This document shows positions 1 through 9,001 of a DNA stretch of 64,000 nt, piece by piece (the first letter of the stretch is position 1; every line of letters begins with the position of its first letter). The stretch lies in contig NZ_JBOHDT010000160.1 of NCBI RefSeq assembly GCF_050700635.1, positions 1,738 to 65,737 of the forward strand. Reading direction: 5' to 3'. A program made the position numbers and the translations under genes. Source of the DNA: Aeromicrobium sp. (GTDB lineage: Bacteria; Actinomycetota; Actinomycetes; Propionibacteriales; Nocardioidaceae). Under the pieces are notes generated by a model. It was not told where the DNA came from and did not search any database. It saw nothing but the letters and a program-made list of their open reading frames with translations.

Positions 1-162
1 ATCGTCGATGCCGCACCCGGTCTGTACTTCTGCGGACTCGGTTTCCAGTACGCCGCGTCATCGATGCTGATCGCCGGGGCGAACCGCGACGCGGGCTTCA
101 TCGCGAACCACATTGTTGAGCGCAGAAGCGCGCCGAGTCGAGCGACGGTCAGATCTGTCTGA
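1..162 (+). CDS. 3' end of a gene cut by the window edge; NAD(P)/FAD-dependent oxidoreductase-like C-terminus
   Basis: Frame 1 is open from base 1 to the TGA at 160-162. The translation ...GLYFCGLGFQYAASSMLIAGANRDAGFIANHIVERR... resembles C-termini of CzcO/flavin-monooxygenase-type oxidoreductases. Only 53 codons are visible. Confidence 0.4.
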   Translation: MVDAAPGLYFCGLGFQYAASSMLIAGANRDAGFIANHIVERRSAPSRATVRSV

Positions 163-189
163 CGACGGACCGTAGGCGTAGCCTTCCCC

Positions 190-1824
190 ATGGAGGTTGC
201 GGTGAACATCGTCGACGAGCTCATCCGGGGTCGAGAGGCGTTCGAGCGGGGCGAATGGACAGCCGCTCGAGACCGATTGTCCGTTCCCGACCTCGCCGAG
301 CTCGAACCCGCCGATCTCCATGCCTTGTCGACCGCGGCTTATTTGGTCGGCGATACGGAGACGAGCGTTCGTGCCCTGCAGCGGTCGTTCCAGGTTTCCA
401 GCGAGCGTGGTGACCACCTTGCCGCATCTCGCGACGCGCTCGAGCTGACCACGCTGCTTCACAATTCGGGCAACCACGCTGCGGCCCAGGGCTGGCATGC
501 GCGGGCCTCACGTCTGTTGGAGTCCGAGGCCGACACCGCTGAGCACGGCTACCTCAGGATGCACGAGATGTTTCACCACGTCTTCGGCGGGCAGGTCGAG
601 ACCGCTCACGACCTCGCAGTATCGGTGGCCGAAGCCGGCCGCCGGCACGGTGAACCCGACCTCGTCGCGATCGGCATGGTGTGCCAGGGCCGAATGCTCA
701 TCTACCAAGGTCGGGTGCCGGAGGGCCTTGCCCTGTTGGACGAGGCGATGGTCTGCGTTGCGGCCGGCGAAGTCACTTCGATCATGGCAGGCAGGGTCTA
801 CTGCGCGATGATCGAGGCCTGCCAGGAGCTGGATGACGTCCGCCGGATGACGGACTGGACCAGGATGCTGTCCACCTGGTGCGAACAGCAACAGGGACTC
901 GCCCAGTACACCGGGCAGGCGGCTGTACACCGGGCCCAGATCATGCGGGCCCAGGGTGCCTGGGCCGACGCGCTCGAAGAGCTCACCCTCGCCGAGGCTC
1001 GTTACCAGGAGCTGGGCCTGGGTCGCGCGGTCGGAGAGGTCTACTACGAACGCGGAGAGGTGCTCCGCCTCACAGGTGATCTCGACGCAGCTGCAGCCGC
1101 GTACGCCGCGGCCGACGAGCACGGCCATGATCCACAGCCCGGCCTGGCGCTGCTGTGGCTGGGGCAGGGACGAGTCGACGCCGCCGGAGCCGCGGTGAGG
1201 AGACAGCTCGATGAGGACCACAACCCCGTACGCCGAAGCCGGGTCATTCCGGTCGCGGTCGAGGTGCTGCTCGCGGCCGGCGACATCGAAGGCGCTTCCG
1301 CAGCTGCCGACGAGCTGGAGGAGATCGCCGCCTCCTTTGCCACTCCGGCGCTGTCTGCTTCGGCCGCATACACGCGCGGATCCGTCTGCCTCGCCGTGGA
1401 CGAGCCATCCGTGGCCTTGCCGCATCTGCGCACGGCATGGCGAGGCTGGCTCAGCCAGGGCGCCCGGTACGAGGCGGCCTGGGCCCGCACCCGCATCGGA
1501 CAGGCGTTCCGGGCGATGGACGACGAGGACTCGGCTGCTGCGGAGCTCCAGGTGGCTGGGCGGACGTTCGCTGACCTCGGAGCGCCATTGGCACAGCGCG
1601 AGGTGGAGCGTCTGCTGGGACGGGCGCGACCGGACGGCCTGACCGCGCGGGAGCTCGAGGTGCTCCGCCTTGTCGCGGCCGGCCGCACCAACCCACAGAT
1701 CGCAGCCGAGCTTTTCCTCAGTGAGAAGACGGTCGCCCGTCATCTGAGCAACATCTTCGGCAAGACGAACGTGAAGTCGCGCACCGCCGCGGCCGCCTAC
1801 GCGTTCCAGCACCAACTGGCTTGA
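190..1824 (+). CDS. LuxR-family transcriptional regulator with a long helical-repeat (TPR-like) N-terminal region
   Basis: 544-aa ORF. The C-terminus LTARELEVLRLVAAGRTNPQIAAELFLSEKTVARHLSNIFGKTNVKSR is a classic LuxR/GerE HTH. TAGCCT at 179-184 lies 6 nt before the ATG, suggesting a possible leaderless start. Confidence 0.85.
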   Translation: MEVAVNIVDELIRGREAFERGEWTAARDRLSVPDLAELEPADLHALSTAAYLVGDTETSVRALQRSFQVSSERGDHLAASRDALELTTLLHNSGNHAAAQGWHARASRLLESEADTAEHGYLRMHEMFHHVFGGQVETAHDLAVSVAEAGRRHGEPDLVAIGMVCQGRMLIYQGRVPEGLALLDEAMVCVAAGEVTSIMAGRVYCAMIEACQELDDVRRMTDWTRMLSTWCEQQQGLAQYTGQAAVHRAQIMRAQGAWADALEELTLAEARYQELGLGRAVGEVYYERGEVLRLTGDLDAAAAAYAAADEHGHDPQPGLALLWLGQGRVDAAGAAVRRQLDEDHNPVRRSRVIPVAVEVLLAAGDIEGASAAADELEEIAASFATPALSASAAYTRGSVCLAVDEPSVALPHLRTAWRGWLSQGARYEAAWARTRIGQAFRAMDDEDSAAAELQVAGRTFADLGAPLAQREVERLLGRARPDGLTARELEVLRLVAAGRTNPQIAAELFLSEKTVARHLSNIFGKTNVKSRTAAAAYAFQHQLA

Positions 1825-1843
1825 CCGGCCTACGCTGACAGGT

Positions 1844-2353
1844 GTGACGATCCACTCCGAGCACCCGTTCGTGCCGCCCGAGGGCGAGCGCGACCCGCTC
1901 CGGCGCCTTCGCGGGCACCTGCCGGCTCCGGTGACGGTCTGGGCGGCCGGTTCCGGACGCGAACGGCGCGGCCTCACCGTCTCGTCGCTCCTGGTGGCCG
2001 CGGGCGACCCGGCGCACGTGCTGGGGCTGGTCGACGAGGAGTCGAACCTGTGGGACGAGCCACCCACGACGCTCATCGTGAACGTTCTCGGACCCGGCCA
2101 CACGTACCTCGCCGAGGCGTTCGCCGGCACGGTTCCCGCGCCTGGCGGGCCGTTCACGCTGGGGGAGTGGCGTGAGTCGGAGTGGGGACCGGTGCTCGCC
2201 GATGCGTCCGCCTGGCTGGGCGTCCGGCTGGAGTCCGCGCCCCCACGTCATGTCGGCTGGGGAATCCTCCTGGAGGGAGTCGTGGAGCACGTGGAGACGA
2301 GCTCGGCGGAGGTCCTCACCCACGTTCGCGGTCGATATGTCGACGGGTCCTGA
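1844..2353 (+). CDS. Flavin reductase-like domain protein
   Basis: 169-aa ORF with high GC3. The N-terminal region ...PLRRLRGHLPAPVTVWAAG...GLTVSSLLVA... is typical of the flavin reductase (FMN-binding split-barrel) family. GTG start. Confidence 0.65.
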   Translation: MTIHSEHPFVPPEGERDPLRRLRGHLPAPVTVWAAGSGRERRGLTVSSLLVAAGDPAHVLGLVDEESNLWDEPPTTLIVNVLGPGHTYLAEAFAGTVPAPGGPFTLGEWRESEWGPVLADASAWLGVRLESAPPRHVGWGILLEGVVEHVETSSAEVLTHVRGRYVDGS

Positions 2354-2393
2354 GAGCGCTCCTGACCACCCCCGCGGGTTGATCCGCACTCGT

Positions 2394-2399
2394 TAGACT
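2394..2399 (+). promoter_or_regulatory. -10-like hexamer TAGACT, 7 nt upstream of the dxs ATG (leaderless candidate)
   Basis: TAGACT fits the actinobacterial TAnnnT -10 pattern. No Shine-Dalgarno sequence lies between it and the ATG at 2406. Confidence 0.35.
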
Positions 2400-2405
2400 G
2401 ACCCA

Positions 2406-4286
2406 ATGGCCGTGCTCGACACCCTCACCGGACCTGCCGACCTACGGCAGATGTCCGACGAGGAGCTCACCCGCCTCGCTGAGGAGATCCGCGAGCTCCT
2501 GATCTGCACGGTCGCCGCCAACGGCGGCCATCTCGGCCCCAACCTCGGTGTCGTCGAGCTCGGCATGGCCATCCACCGGGTCTTCGACTCCCCGCGCGAC
2601 CGCATCGTCTGGGACACCGGCCACCAGTCGTACGTCCACAAGATGCTCACCGGTCGTGCCGGCGAGTTCTCCACGCTGCGCAAGGAGGGAGGGCTGTCCG
2701 GCTACCCGTGCCAGGGCGAGTCCGAGCACGACTGGGTCGAGAACTCGCACGCCTCCACGAGCCTGTCGTACGCGGACGGGATGGCGAAGGCCAACCAGAT
2801 TCTCGGCAAGGACGACCACGTCGTCGCGGTCATCGGCGACGGCGCTCTCACCGGCGGCATGGCGTGGGAGGCACTCAACAACATCGCCGCCGGCCAGGAC
2901 CGCCGCCTCGTCGTCGTGGTGAACGACAACGGCCGGTCCTACACGCCGACTGTGGGCGGACTGGCGAACAGACTGACTGAGATCCGCACCAACCCCAGGT
3001 ATGAGCCGGCGCTCAGCGCCATCAAGGACCGCCTCAACCGCACCCGTGCGGTCGGTCCGGCCTTTTACGATGCCCTGCACGCCATCAAGAAGGGCATCAA
3101 GGACGCGCTCGCGCCGCAGGGGATGTTCGAGGACCTCGGGCTCAAGTACATCGGTCCGGTCGACGGCCACGACCGGCCGTCGCTCGAGCACGCACTGGCG
3201 CAGGCCCGCAGGTTCGGCGGCCCCGTGCTCGTGCACGCCATCACCACCAAGGGCCAGGGCTACGACATCGCGGTCGCCAACGAGAACGACCAGATGCACC
3301 AGGCGCCGCCGTTCGACCGCGAGACCGGCGACGCCACCGCCGTGGCGCCGGCCGGCTGGACCTCGGTGTTCCGCGACGAGATCGTGCGCATCGCCGACGA
3401 GCGTCCCGACGTCGTCGGCATCACCGCCGCGATGCTCTATCCGGTCGGTCTCGATGCGTTCGCCGACAAGTTCCCCGACCGCGTGTTCGACGTCGGCATC
3501 GCCGAACAGCACGCAGTCACCAGCGCCGCGGGCATGGCGATGGCCGGGCTGCACCCCGTCGTCGCCGTCTACGCCACGTTCCTCAACCGGGCCTTCGACC
3601 AGGTGCTGCTCGACGTCGCGCTACACAAGTGCGGCGTCACATTCGTGCTCGACCGCGCTGGCGTCACGGGTGACGACGGCGCCAGCCACAACGGCATGTG
3701 GGACATGTCGCTGCTGCAGATCGTGCCCCGCCTGCGTCTCGCGGCACCGCGCGACGGCTCCCAGCTGCGCGAGCTGCTGCGCGAGGCCGTCGACGTCGAC
3801 GACGCACCCACGGTCGTGCGGTTCGCCAAGGGTGCGGTCGGTCCCGACGTACCCGCGCTCGAGCGCCTCGGCGTGGCCGACGTGCTTGCCAGCGACGAGT
3901 CCCCAGACGTCTTCGTGCTGGCCGCCGGGTGTCTCGCCCAGACCGCCCTTGACGCGGCTGCGATCGTCCGGGGTTCCGGCCTCGGCGTCACCGTCGTCGA
4001 TCCCCGGTGGGTCAAACCGTTCGACCCGGCCGTCGTCGAGCTCGCGGCCCAGCACCGGCTCGTGGTCACGGTCGAGGACAACGGACGTCAGGGTGGCGTC
4101 GGCGCGGCCTTCACCCAGGCCCTTCGCGACGCCGGAGCTGAGGTTCCGGTGCGCGTCCACGGCGTCGAGCAGGAGTTCCTCGACCACGCCAAACGCGACG
4201 TCATCCTCGGACGGCTCGGTCTCACCCCCGACGCGATCGCCGACGACATCCTGGCCGCGCTCGGGCGGAATAAGCCGGACGCGTGA
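2406..4286 (+). CDS. dxs: 1-deoxy-D-xylulose-5-phosphate synthase
   Basis: 626 aa. Contains N-terminal [29 protein letters not shown], the [13 protein letters not shown] motif, and transketolase-like pyrimidine-binding and C-terminal domains. Confidence 0.95.
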   Translation: MAVLDTLTGPADLRQMSDEELTRLAEEIRELLICTVAANGGHLGPNLGVVELGMAIHRVFDSPRDRIVWDTGHQSYVHKMLTGRAGEFSTLRKEGGLSGYPCQGESEHDWVENSHASTSLSYADGMAKANQILGKDDHVVAVIGDGALTGGMAWEALNNIAAGQDRRLVVVVNDNGRSYTPTVGGLANRLTEIRTNPRYEPALSAIKDRLNRTRAVGPAFYDALHAIKKGIKDALAPQGMFEDLGLKYIGPVDGHDRPSLEHALAQARRFGGPVLVHAITTKGQGYDIAVANENDQMHQAPPFDRETGDATAVAPAGWTSVFRDEIVRIADERPDVVGITAAMLYPVGLDAFADKFPDRVFDVGIAEQHAVTSAAGMAMAGLHPVVAVYATFLNRAFDQVLLDVALHKCGVTFVLDRAGVTGDDGASHNGMWDMSLLQIVPRLRLAAPRDGSQLRELLREAVDVDDAPTVVRFAKGAVGPDVPALERLGVADVLASDESPDVFVLAAGCLAQTALDAAAIVRGSGLGVTVVDPRWVKPFDPAVVELAAQHRLVVTVEDNGRQGGVGAAFTQALRDAGAEVPVRVHGVEQEFLDHAKRDVILGRLGLTPDAIADDILAALGRNKPDA

Positions 4287-4296
4287 GGCGCTGACG

Positions 4297-5190
4297 ATGA
4301 AGTGGTTTTCCCGACGTGATGACGAACCCGTGAATCCGTCCGAGCGACCTGTCCTCATCCATGCTCTCGACGGTTTCCTGACCGCTGGAGCTGCTCCGCG
4401 TCTCGCGGCCACCCAGCTCCGCACGGGCCATGGCGAGGTGGTGTGTCGCTTCGATCTCGACAAGCTCTACGACTTCCGGGCCCGTCGTCCGTTCATCACG
4501 TTCCGGTCCGACCACTACCAGGACTACGAGGACCCTTCGCTCGAGATCGTGCTCGAGCACGACGACGGCGGAACCCCGTACCTGCTGCTCTCCGGACCCG
4601 AGCCCGACTTCCGGTGGGAGTCGTTCGTCGACGGTGTCCAGGAGGTCGTCGAGGAGTTCAACGTTCCGCTCACCCTCGGGCTCGGTGCGGTGCCGATGGG
4701 GGTCCCGCACACCCGTCCGCCCATGATCACCGCGCACGGTTCGCGACCCGAGCTCGTCGACCGCAAGAACCTGTGGTCGGCCGAGGTGCGAGTGCCGTCA
4801 TCGGTTCAGGCACTGCTGGAGTACCGGTTCGCGCAGCGGGGTCTCGATGCCGCCGGTTACGTCGTCCACGTGCCGCACTACCTCGCGCAGGTCGACTACC
4901 CGACCGCCGCCGTGGCCCTGCTCGATGCTGTGGTTGACCGGCTCGGCCTGCAGCTCGACTACGAGACGCTGCGCGCCTCCCAGGGCGAGGCGCTGGCCGA
5001 GATCGAGCAGCAGATCGCCGCGCAGGACGGCGAGGACGTCCTGTCGGGTCTGGAGGAACAGTACGACGCCTTCACCCGCGGAGCCGCGCAGTCGCTGCTC
5101 GCCGAGGACGAGTCGATCCCGAGCGGCGAGGAGCTGGCCGACCAGTTCGAGAAGTTCCTTGCCCGCCAGCGCAAGAACAACGAGCACTAA
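4297..5190 (+). CDS. PAC2 (proteasome assembly chaperone 2-like) family protein
   Basis: The track ORF 3001-5190 is a fusion artefact. Its first 432 codons overlap dxs out of frame. The ATG at 4297 gives MKWFSRRDDEPVNPSERPVLIHALDGFLTAG..., typical of actinobacterial PAC2-family proteins. Confidence 0.8.
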   Translation: MKWFSRRDDEPVNPSERPVLIHALDGFLTAGAAPRLAATQLRTGHGEVVCRFDLDKLYDFRARRPFITFRSDHYQDYEDPSLEIVLEHDDGGTPYLLLSGPEPDFRWESFVDGVQEVVEEFNVPLTLGLGAVPMGVPHTRPPMITAHGSRPELVDRKNLWSAEVRVPSSVQALLEYRFAQRGLDAAGYVVHVPHYLAQVDYPTAAVALLDAVVDRLGLQLDYETLRASQGEALAEIEQQIAAQDGEDVLSGLEEQYDAFTRGAAQSLLAEDESIPSGEELADQFEKFLARQRKNNEH

Positions 5191-5193
5191 TCG

Positions 5194-5350
5194 CTCGCGA
5201 GAGAGAAATTCACCCCTCGCGAGAGACTTCCTACCCGGTCGCGAGAAAGTCATACACTCCTCTCGAGATTTCCCGTCGTGGCAGCAGTCACGTTCTCTCT
5301 CGCGGGCGGTGAATTTTTCTCTCGCGACGGGTGAGTTTCTCTCCCGTGAG
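5194..5350. repeat. Array of seven ~22-bp units with a palindromic CTCGCGAG core: four forward copies, then three inverted copies
   Basis: Forward cores start at 5194, 5216, 5238 and 5260, spaced exactly 22 bp. Inverted-unit cores start at 5299, 5321 and 5343, also spaced 22 bp. Unit 1 matches the reverse complement of 5308-5328 at 19 of 21 positions. Confidence 0.85.
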
Positions 5351-5362
5351 CGTGGGTAGGGT

Positions 5363-6214
5363 GTGGCCGTGCCTGCGACGCTGACGGAGCTCATCGACCT
5401 GCTCGACCTCGAGAAGCTCGACGAGGGCTTGTTCCGCGGACGGCAGCTGGACGACACGGGCTTCATCCGCGTGTTCGGCGGACAGGTCGCCGCGCAGGCG
5501 CTCGTGGCAGCACAGCTCACTGCACCGGAGGAGCGTCACGTCCACTCGCTGCACAGCTACTTCCTGCTCGGCGGCGACCTGAGCATCCCGATCATCTACG
5601 ACGTCGAGAACGTCCGCGACGGCGGTTCGTTCACCACTCGACGGGTCGCCGCACGGCAGCATGGCGCGATCATCTTCTACATGACCGTCTCGTTCCAGAA
5701 GGTCGAGGACGGGTTCGACCACCAGGACGAGATGCCGGACGTCCCGTCGCCCGACGAGTGCACACCGATGCCCGACATCATCCGCACCATCAATCCCGAG
5801 GCCGCCGACTGGTGGGTCAAGGAGTGGTCGGCGATCGACGCCAGGCTCGTCACCGCCGGCGACGACCCGGCGACGCAGCGCCTGTGGTTCCGGTTCGCGG
5901 GCACGCTGCCGGACGACCGCCGGCTGCGCAACGCCGTGCTCACGTACTTCTCCGATCTCACGTTGCTCGGCCCCACGCTCATCCCGCACGGCCGGCTGAT
6001 CGGCTCCCCCGACATGCAGGTGGCATCGCTCGACCACACCATCTGGTTCCACCGGCCGACCGAGGCCAACCAGTGGTTCCTCTACGACCAGCACTCGCCG
6101 TCGGCGTCACGCGCCCGCGGGCTCGCCATCGGCCGGGTGTTCAGCGAGGACGGCGACATGCTCGCGACCATCGCCCAGGAGGGCCTCATCCGCCGGGTGA
6201 ACCCGGCCGACTGA
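5363..6214 (+). CDS. tesB: Acyl-CoA thioesterase II
   Basis: The N-terminus ...TLTELIDLLDLEKLDEGLFRGRQLDDTGFIRVFGGQVAAQALVAA aligns with the TesB N-terminus. The real start may be the in-frame GTG at 5369, 7 nt after TAGGGT (5357-5362). Confidence 0.9.
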   Translation: MAVPATLTELIDLLDLEKLDEGLFRGRQLDDTGFIRVFGGQVAAQALVAAQLTAPEERHVHSLHSYFLLGGDLSIPIIYDVENVRDGGSFTTRRVAARQHGAIIFYMTVSFQKVEDGFDHQDEMPDVPSPDECTPMPDIIRTINPEAADWWVKEWSAIDARLVTAGDDPATQRLWFRFAGTLPDDRRLRNAVLTYFSDLTLLGPTLIPHGRLIGSPDMQVASLDHTIWFHRPTEANQWFLYDQHSPSASRARGLAIGRVFSEDGDMLATIAQEGLIRRVNPAD

Positions 6215-6220
6215 GCACCG

Positions 6221-8071
6221 TCAGGGAACTGTCGGGAGCGTCAGCTCCGACGGGTACTTGTCGGACGCGTGCACCTTCATCACGGTGAGCGAGCCCGGCG
6301 CGAGACCGAGCGATGGCAGCAGGTGGGGAACGTCGAACGCCTGCACGGCCAGCCGGAGCTTGTGCCCGGGCTGGATCGTGGCGGCGGTCGGGAAGACCTC
6401 GACGTCGATCGGGGCTACCTCGCCCGGCGCGAGCCGCTTCTGCGCCTCCCGCGTGAACGGGTGATAGGGCTGGATGATCTTCCCGTCGAGGGTGCGGGTG
6501 CGTGAGTCGTCGAGCGTGCGGTGCGAGATGACCTGCCAGCCACCGGTCAGACGACTGACCGTGCCGTCGGGTGCGACGTCCTCCACGGCCACCGAGAGCA
6601 TGCCGTCACCGCTGTTGCTGGACGTGAAGAGATGCGCGTTGATCGGCCCCTGGATCTGCACCGGCGACGTGACCGGCTCGGTCTCGAACACCACCCCGAG
6701 CTTGTCGTTCAACGCGTTGTTCTTCAGGCACGGGTTGTCGAATCCGGAGGAGTTCATCACCCCGGCCGTCCACTGGTTGGCCGAGCGGGTGCACAAACCG
6801 GCGACCGGGACCGGAAGGACGTCCGACGTGCCGTCGCTCACCGCCTCGGTGGTGAGTCCGCCCGGCTCGGCGATGGTGGCCGAGCCGGAGAGCCGGAAGC
6901 TCGTGGCGCGCTGGTCCTCGATCCAGTTGGACGAGGTGGTCCAGGTGTCCGGGCCCTGGTCGAAGTAGGTCAGGTTCGGGATGTCGGAGTCGAGCGCGGG
7001 ATCGGGGGAGTCCTTGAGGTAGTGGTCGAACCAGCGGAGCTGCAGATCGGCGAGCGACCCGTAGCCCGCGTCGCCCACTTTCTCCCCGGACGAGCCCTCC
7101 ACGTGGTCCCACGGCCCAACGATCATCTTCGTCGGGACGCCACGCTTGCGGAGGTTCTCGAACAGCAGGGGAGTGCCGCGCTGGAAGAGGTCGTGCTCGC
7201 CGCCGATGAAGAACGTCGGCACGTCGACCTGGTCGATCACGTTGATGACCGAGCGTTCGGCGTAGAACGGCCCGTCGTAGTTCGGGTCGCCGCCGAGGGC
7301 AGCGGTGATGAGGAGTGGGGACGTGAAGGCCCCGGCGGTCATGATGCGGTCGACCAGCACCCCGATCGTCGACGCCGGGTCGGAGGCCGCATAGGCCGGC
7401 GGAAGGATTCCGGTGGTGGTGATCAGTCCGAGCCACAACGGGATGAATCCGACGTCCAGCTGGCCGCCGGATGCCACGACGTCGCGGTAGACGTCGGCGC
7501 CAGGGACCTGCGGGAAGATGGCCTTCAGGCCAGCAGGTTTGGCCGAGGCGGCAAACAGCTGGCTGATGCCCATGTAGGAGGCGCCACTCATACCGGTGAT
7601 GCCGTTGCTCCAGGGCTGCGAGTGCGCCCAGGTCATGATCTCGCTGGAGTCCTTGTTCTCGCGGGCGCTGAACGCCGCCCAGCGGCCGCCCGACGACCCG
7701 GTGCCTCGCGCGTCGACGACGACCTGGACGTAGCCGCGCTTGACCAGGTGGTTCGGATCCGGTCCCGCGAGTCCGCCGGCCCCGCCGGCGATGACGGTCT
7801 TGTTGTACGCCGTGATCGTGACGATCACGGGGAGCTTCATGTCGACGGCTTGGCCCGCCGCATCCGCGGGACGCGTGACGTCGGCGCGCAGCACGGTGCC
7901 GTCGGACATGCGGATCGGCACGTCGGTCTGCCTGGCCGTCTTCGGGTGGTCCTCGGGCCTCGGCTCCCAGCTGCTTCCGGCCGCCTGGGCGGGAGCCGGG
8001 CCGCCCAGCGTCAGGCCGCTCAGCACCAAGGCCGACGCGAGCAGTCGGGCCAAGGTCGGTCGATCACGCAT
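6221..8071 (-). CDS. Secreted CocE/NonD-family hydrolase (S15 X-Pro dipeptidyl-peptidase-like)
   Basis: 616 aa. It has a signal peptide MRDRPTLARLLASALVLSGLTLGGPAPAQA, an alpha/beta hydrolase core and a C-terminal CocE/NonD jelly-roll region. GGAGGA Shine-Dalgarno sequence upstream. Confidence 0.85.
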   Translation of the reverse strand: MRDRPTLARLLASALVLSGLTLGGPAPAQAAGSSWEPRPEDHPKTARQTDVPIRMSDGTVLRADVTRPADAAGQAVDMKLPVIVTITAYNKTVIAGGAGGLAGPDPNHLVKRGYVQVVVDARGTGSSGGRWAAFSARENKDSSEIMTWAHSQPWSNGITGMSGASYMGISQLFAASAKPAGLKAIFPQVPGADVYRDVVASGGQLDVGFIPLWLGLITTTGILPPAYAASDPASTIGVLVDRIMTAGAFTSPLLITAALGGDPNYDGPFYAERSVINVIDQVDVPTFFIGGEHDLFQRGTPLLFENLRKRGVPTKMIVGPWDHVEGSSGEKVGDAGYGSLADLQLRWFDHYLKDSPDPALDSDIPNLTYFDQGPDTWTTSSNWIEDQRATSFRLSGSATIAEPGGLTTEAVSDGTSDVLPVPVAGLCTRSANQWTAGVMNSSGFDNPCLKNNALNDKLGVVFETEPVTSPVQIQGPINAHLFTSSNSGDGMLSVAVEDVAPDGTVSRLTGGWQVISHRTLDDSRTRTLDGKIIQPYHPFTREAQKRLAPGEVAPIDVEVFPTAATIQPGHKLRLAVQAFDVPHLLPSLGLAPGSLTVMKVHASDKYPSELTLPTVP

Positions 8072-8088
8072 ACGTGTTCCTCCAGCGA

Positions 8089-8107
8089 CTGTAACGACGA
8101 GTTACAG
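8089..8107. promoter_or_regulatory. Perfect palindrome CTGTAAC-GACGA-GTTACAG (operator or hairpin candidate)
   Basis: Read directly from the sequence. It lies between the htdX-like stop (8114) and the hydrolase start (8071). The same half-sites recur at 10392-10410. Confidence 0.45.
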
Positions 8108-8113
8108 GGAGCG

Positions 8114-9001
8114 TTACGCAGGCGCGATGCGACCGACCAGGTGCGTGGACGGCTTGCGGGTACTCGTGACGCCAAGCGTGATGACGTTTCCGTCGATGTT
8201 GCTGCCGAACACGACCGTGCTCGGGAGCAGGATCGGCTTCTTGAACTCGACGTCGATCGTGAAGGCGTTCGGCAGCTTGTTCTGCAGCGCGGCCAGTGCG
8301 TGCGCCTTGGTCCACATGCCGTGAGCGATGTTCCGCGGGAACCCGAAGGCCTTCGCGGTGATCGGGTACAGGTGGATGGGGTTGCGGTCGCCCGACACGG
8401 CGCCGTACCGCCGGCCGAGGTCGCCCGCCAGCTTCCAGTGAACGACACCGTCGGGAGCCTCGACTCCCGCGAGCGGAGGCGTGCTGTTCTCCGTGCCGCC
8501 GTCGCGGCCGCGAGAGAGCAGCGTGGTGACCTCGTCCCACACGACCACCCCGTCGATGCTGACGGTCGTGACGACGTCGACCAGGCGCCCCTTGCTGTGC
8601 GGGCGGAGGTCGGCGGCCCGGACCGAGATGTCGAACGTCTCGTCGACGCCGATCGGACGGTGCTGCGTGATGCTGTTTCGCAGGTGCACCAGGCCCATGG
8701 GGGCGAACGGGAACGCGGTGTCGGTCATCAGGGCCATGTGCAGCGCGAAGGCCGCCATGTGCGGGTAGGTGGCCGGCAGGTTGTTGCTTCGGGGGAAGCC
8801 GCAGACCTCGTTGTACTGCTCCAGATGACCTGGCTTCGTCGAGACGTTCCGTCGTTCCAGGGTCAGGTCCGGCACCGAGCCGCTGCCGTGCTTGATACCG
8901 GGGAGCTCGCCGACCACGGGGATCGCCGGCAGGACGGCCTTCAGCATCAGTGGCGCAGTGGACGGCGCCTTGTCGAACGACCGCGTCGTCATGTCAGGCA
9001 C
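8114..9001 (-). CDS. MaoC-family (R)-specific hydratase/dehydratase, HtdX-like
   Basis: 295 aa with a double hot-dog fold and the MaoC signature ...YGAVSGDRNPIHLYPITAKAFGFPRNIAHGMW... It follows the fabG4-like gene, as in the mycobacterial fabG4-htdX arrangement. Alternative ATG start at 8992. Confidence 0.85.
   Translation of the reverse strand: MPDMTTRSFDKAPSTAPLMLKAVLPAIPVVGELPGIKHGSGSVPDLTLERRNVSTKPGHLEQYNEVCGFPRSNNLPATYPHMAAFALHMALMTDTAFPFAPMGLVHLRNSITQHRPIGVDETFDISVRAADLRPHSKGRLVDVVTTVSIDGVVVWDEVTTLLSRGRDGGTENSTPPLAGVEAPDGVVHWKLAGDLGRRYGAVSGDRNPIHLYPITAKAFGFPRNIAHGMWTKAHALAALQNKLPNAFTIDVEFKKPILLPSTVVFGSNIDGNVITLGVTSTRKPSTHLVGRIAPA

Noticed and set aside
508-2157. Very long ORFs antisense to or out of frame with confident genes. 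Examples are 508-2157(-), 6521-9184(+), 23702-26308(-), 40094-41824(-), 48952-50799(-), 10334-11773(-), 34558-36303(+) and 39334-40923(+).
   Set aside because: Their translations are Arg/Gly/Pro/Ala-rich low-complexity strings with no recognisable motifs. Each overlaps a gene with clear family signatures. Long stop-free antisense frames are expected in GC-rich DNA.
3001-4296. N-terminal 432 codons of the 729-aa track ORF 3001-5190, and similar upstream extensions at 15902-17635, 38680-41010, 42767-44050, 58648-59991, 41119-42240, 53485-54825 and 52099-53064.
   Set aside because: The extensions overlap the preceding gene or are Arg/Ser/Pro-rich junk. Internal ATG/GTG codons with a Shine-Dalgarno sequence, a stop-start overlap or a -10 hexamer give N-termini that match the protein families.
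5191-5362. Whether the 22-bp repeat array is a small CRISPR array.
   Set aside because: The conserved core is only 8 bp with about 14-bp variable parts. The copies switch orientation midway, and no cas genes are in the window. This is not CRISPR architecture.
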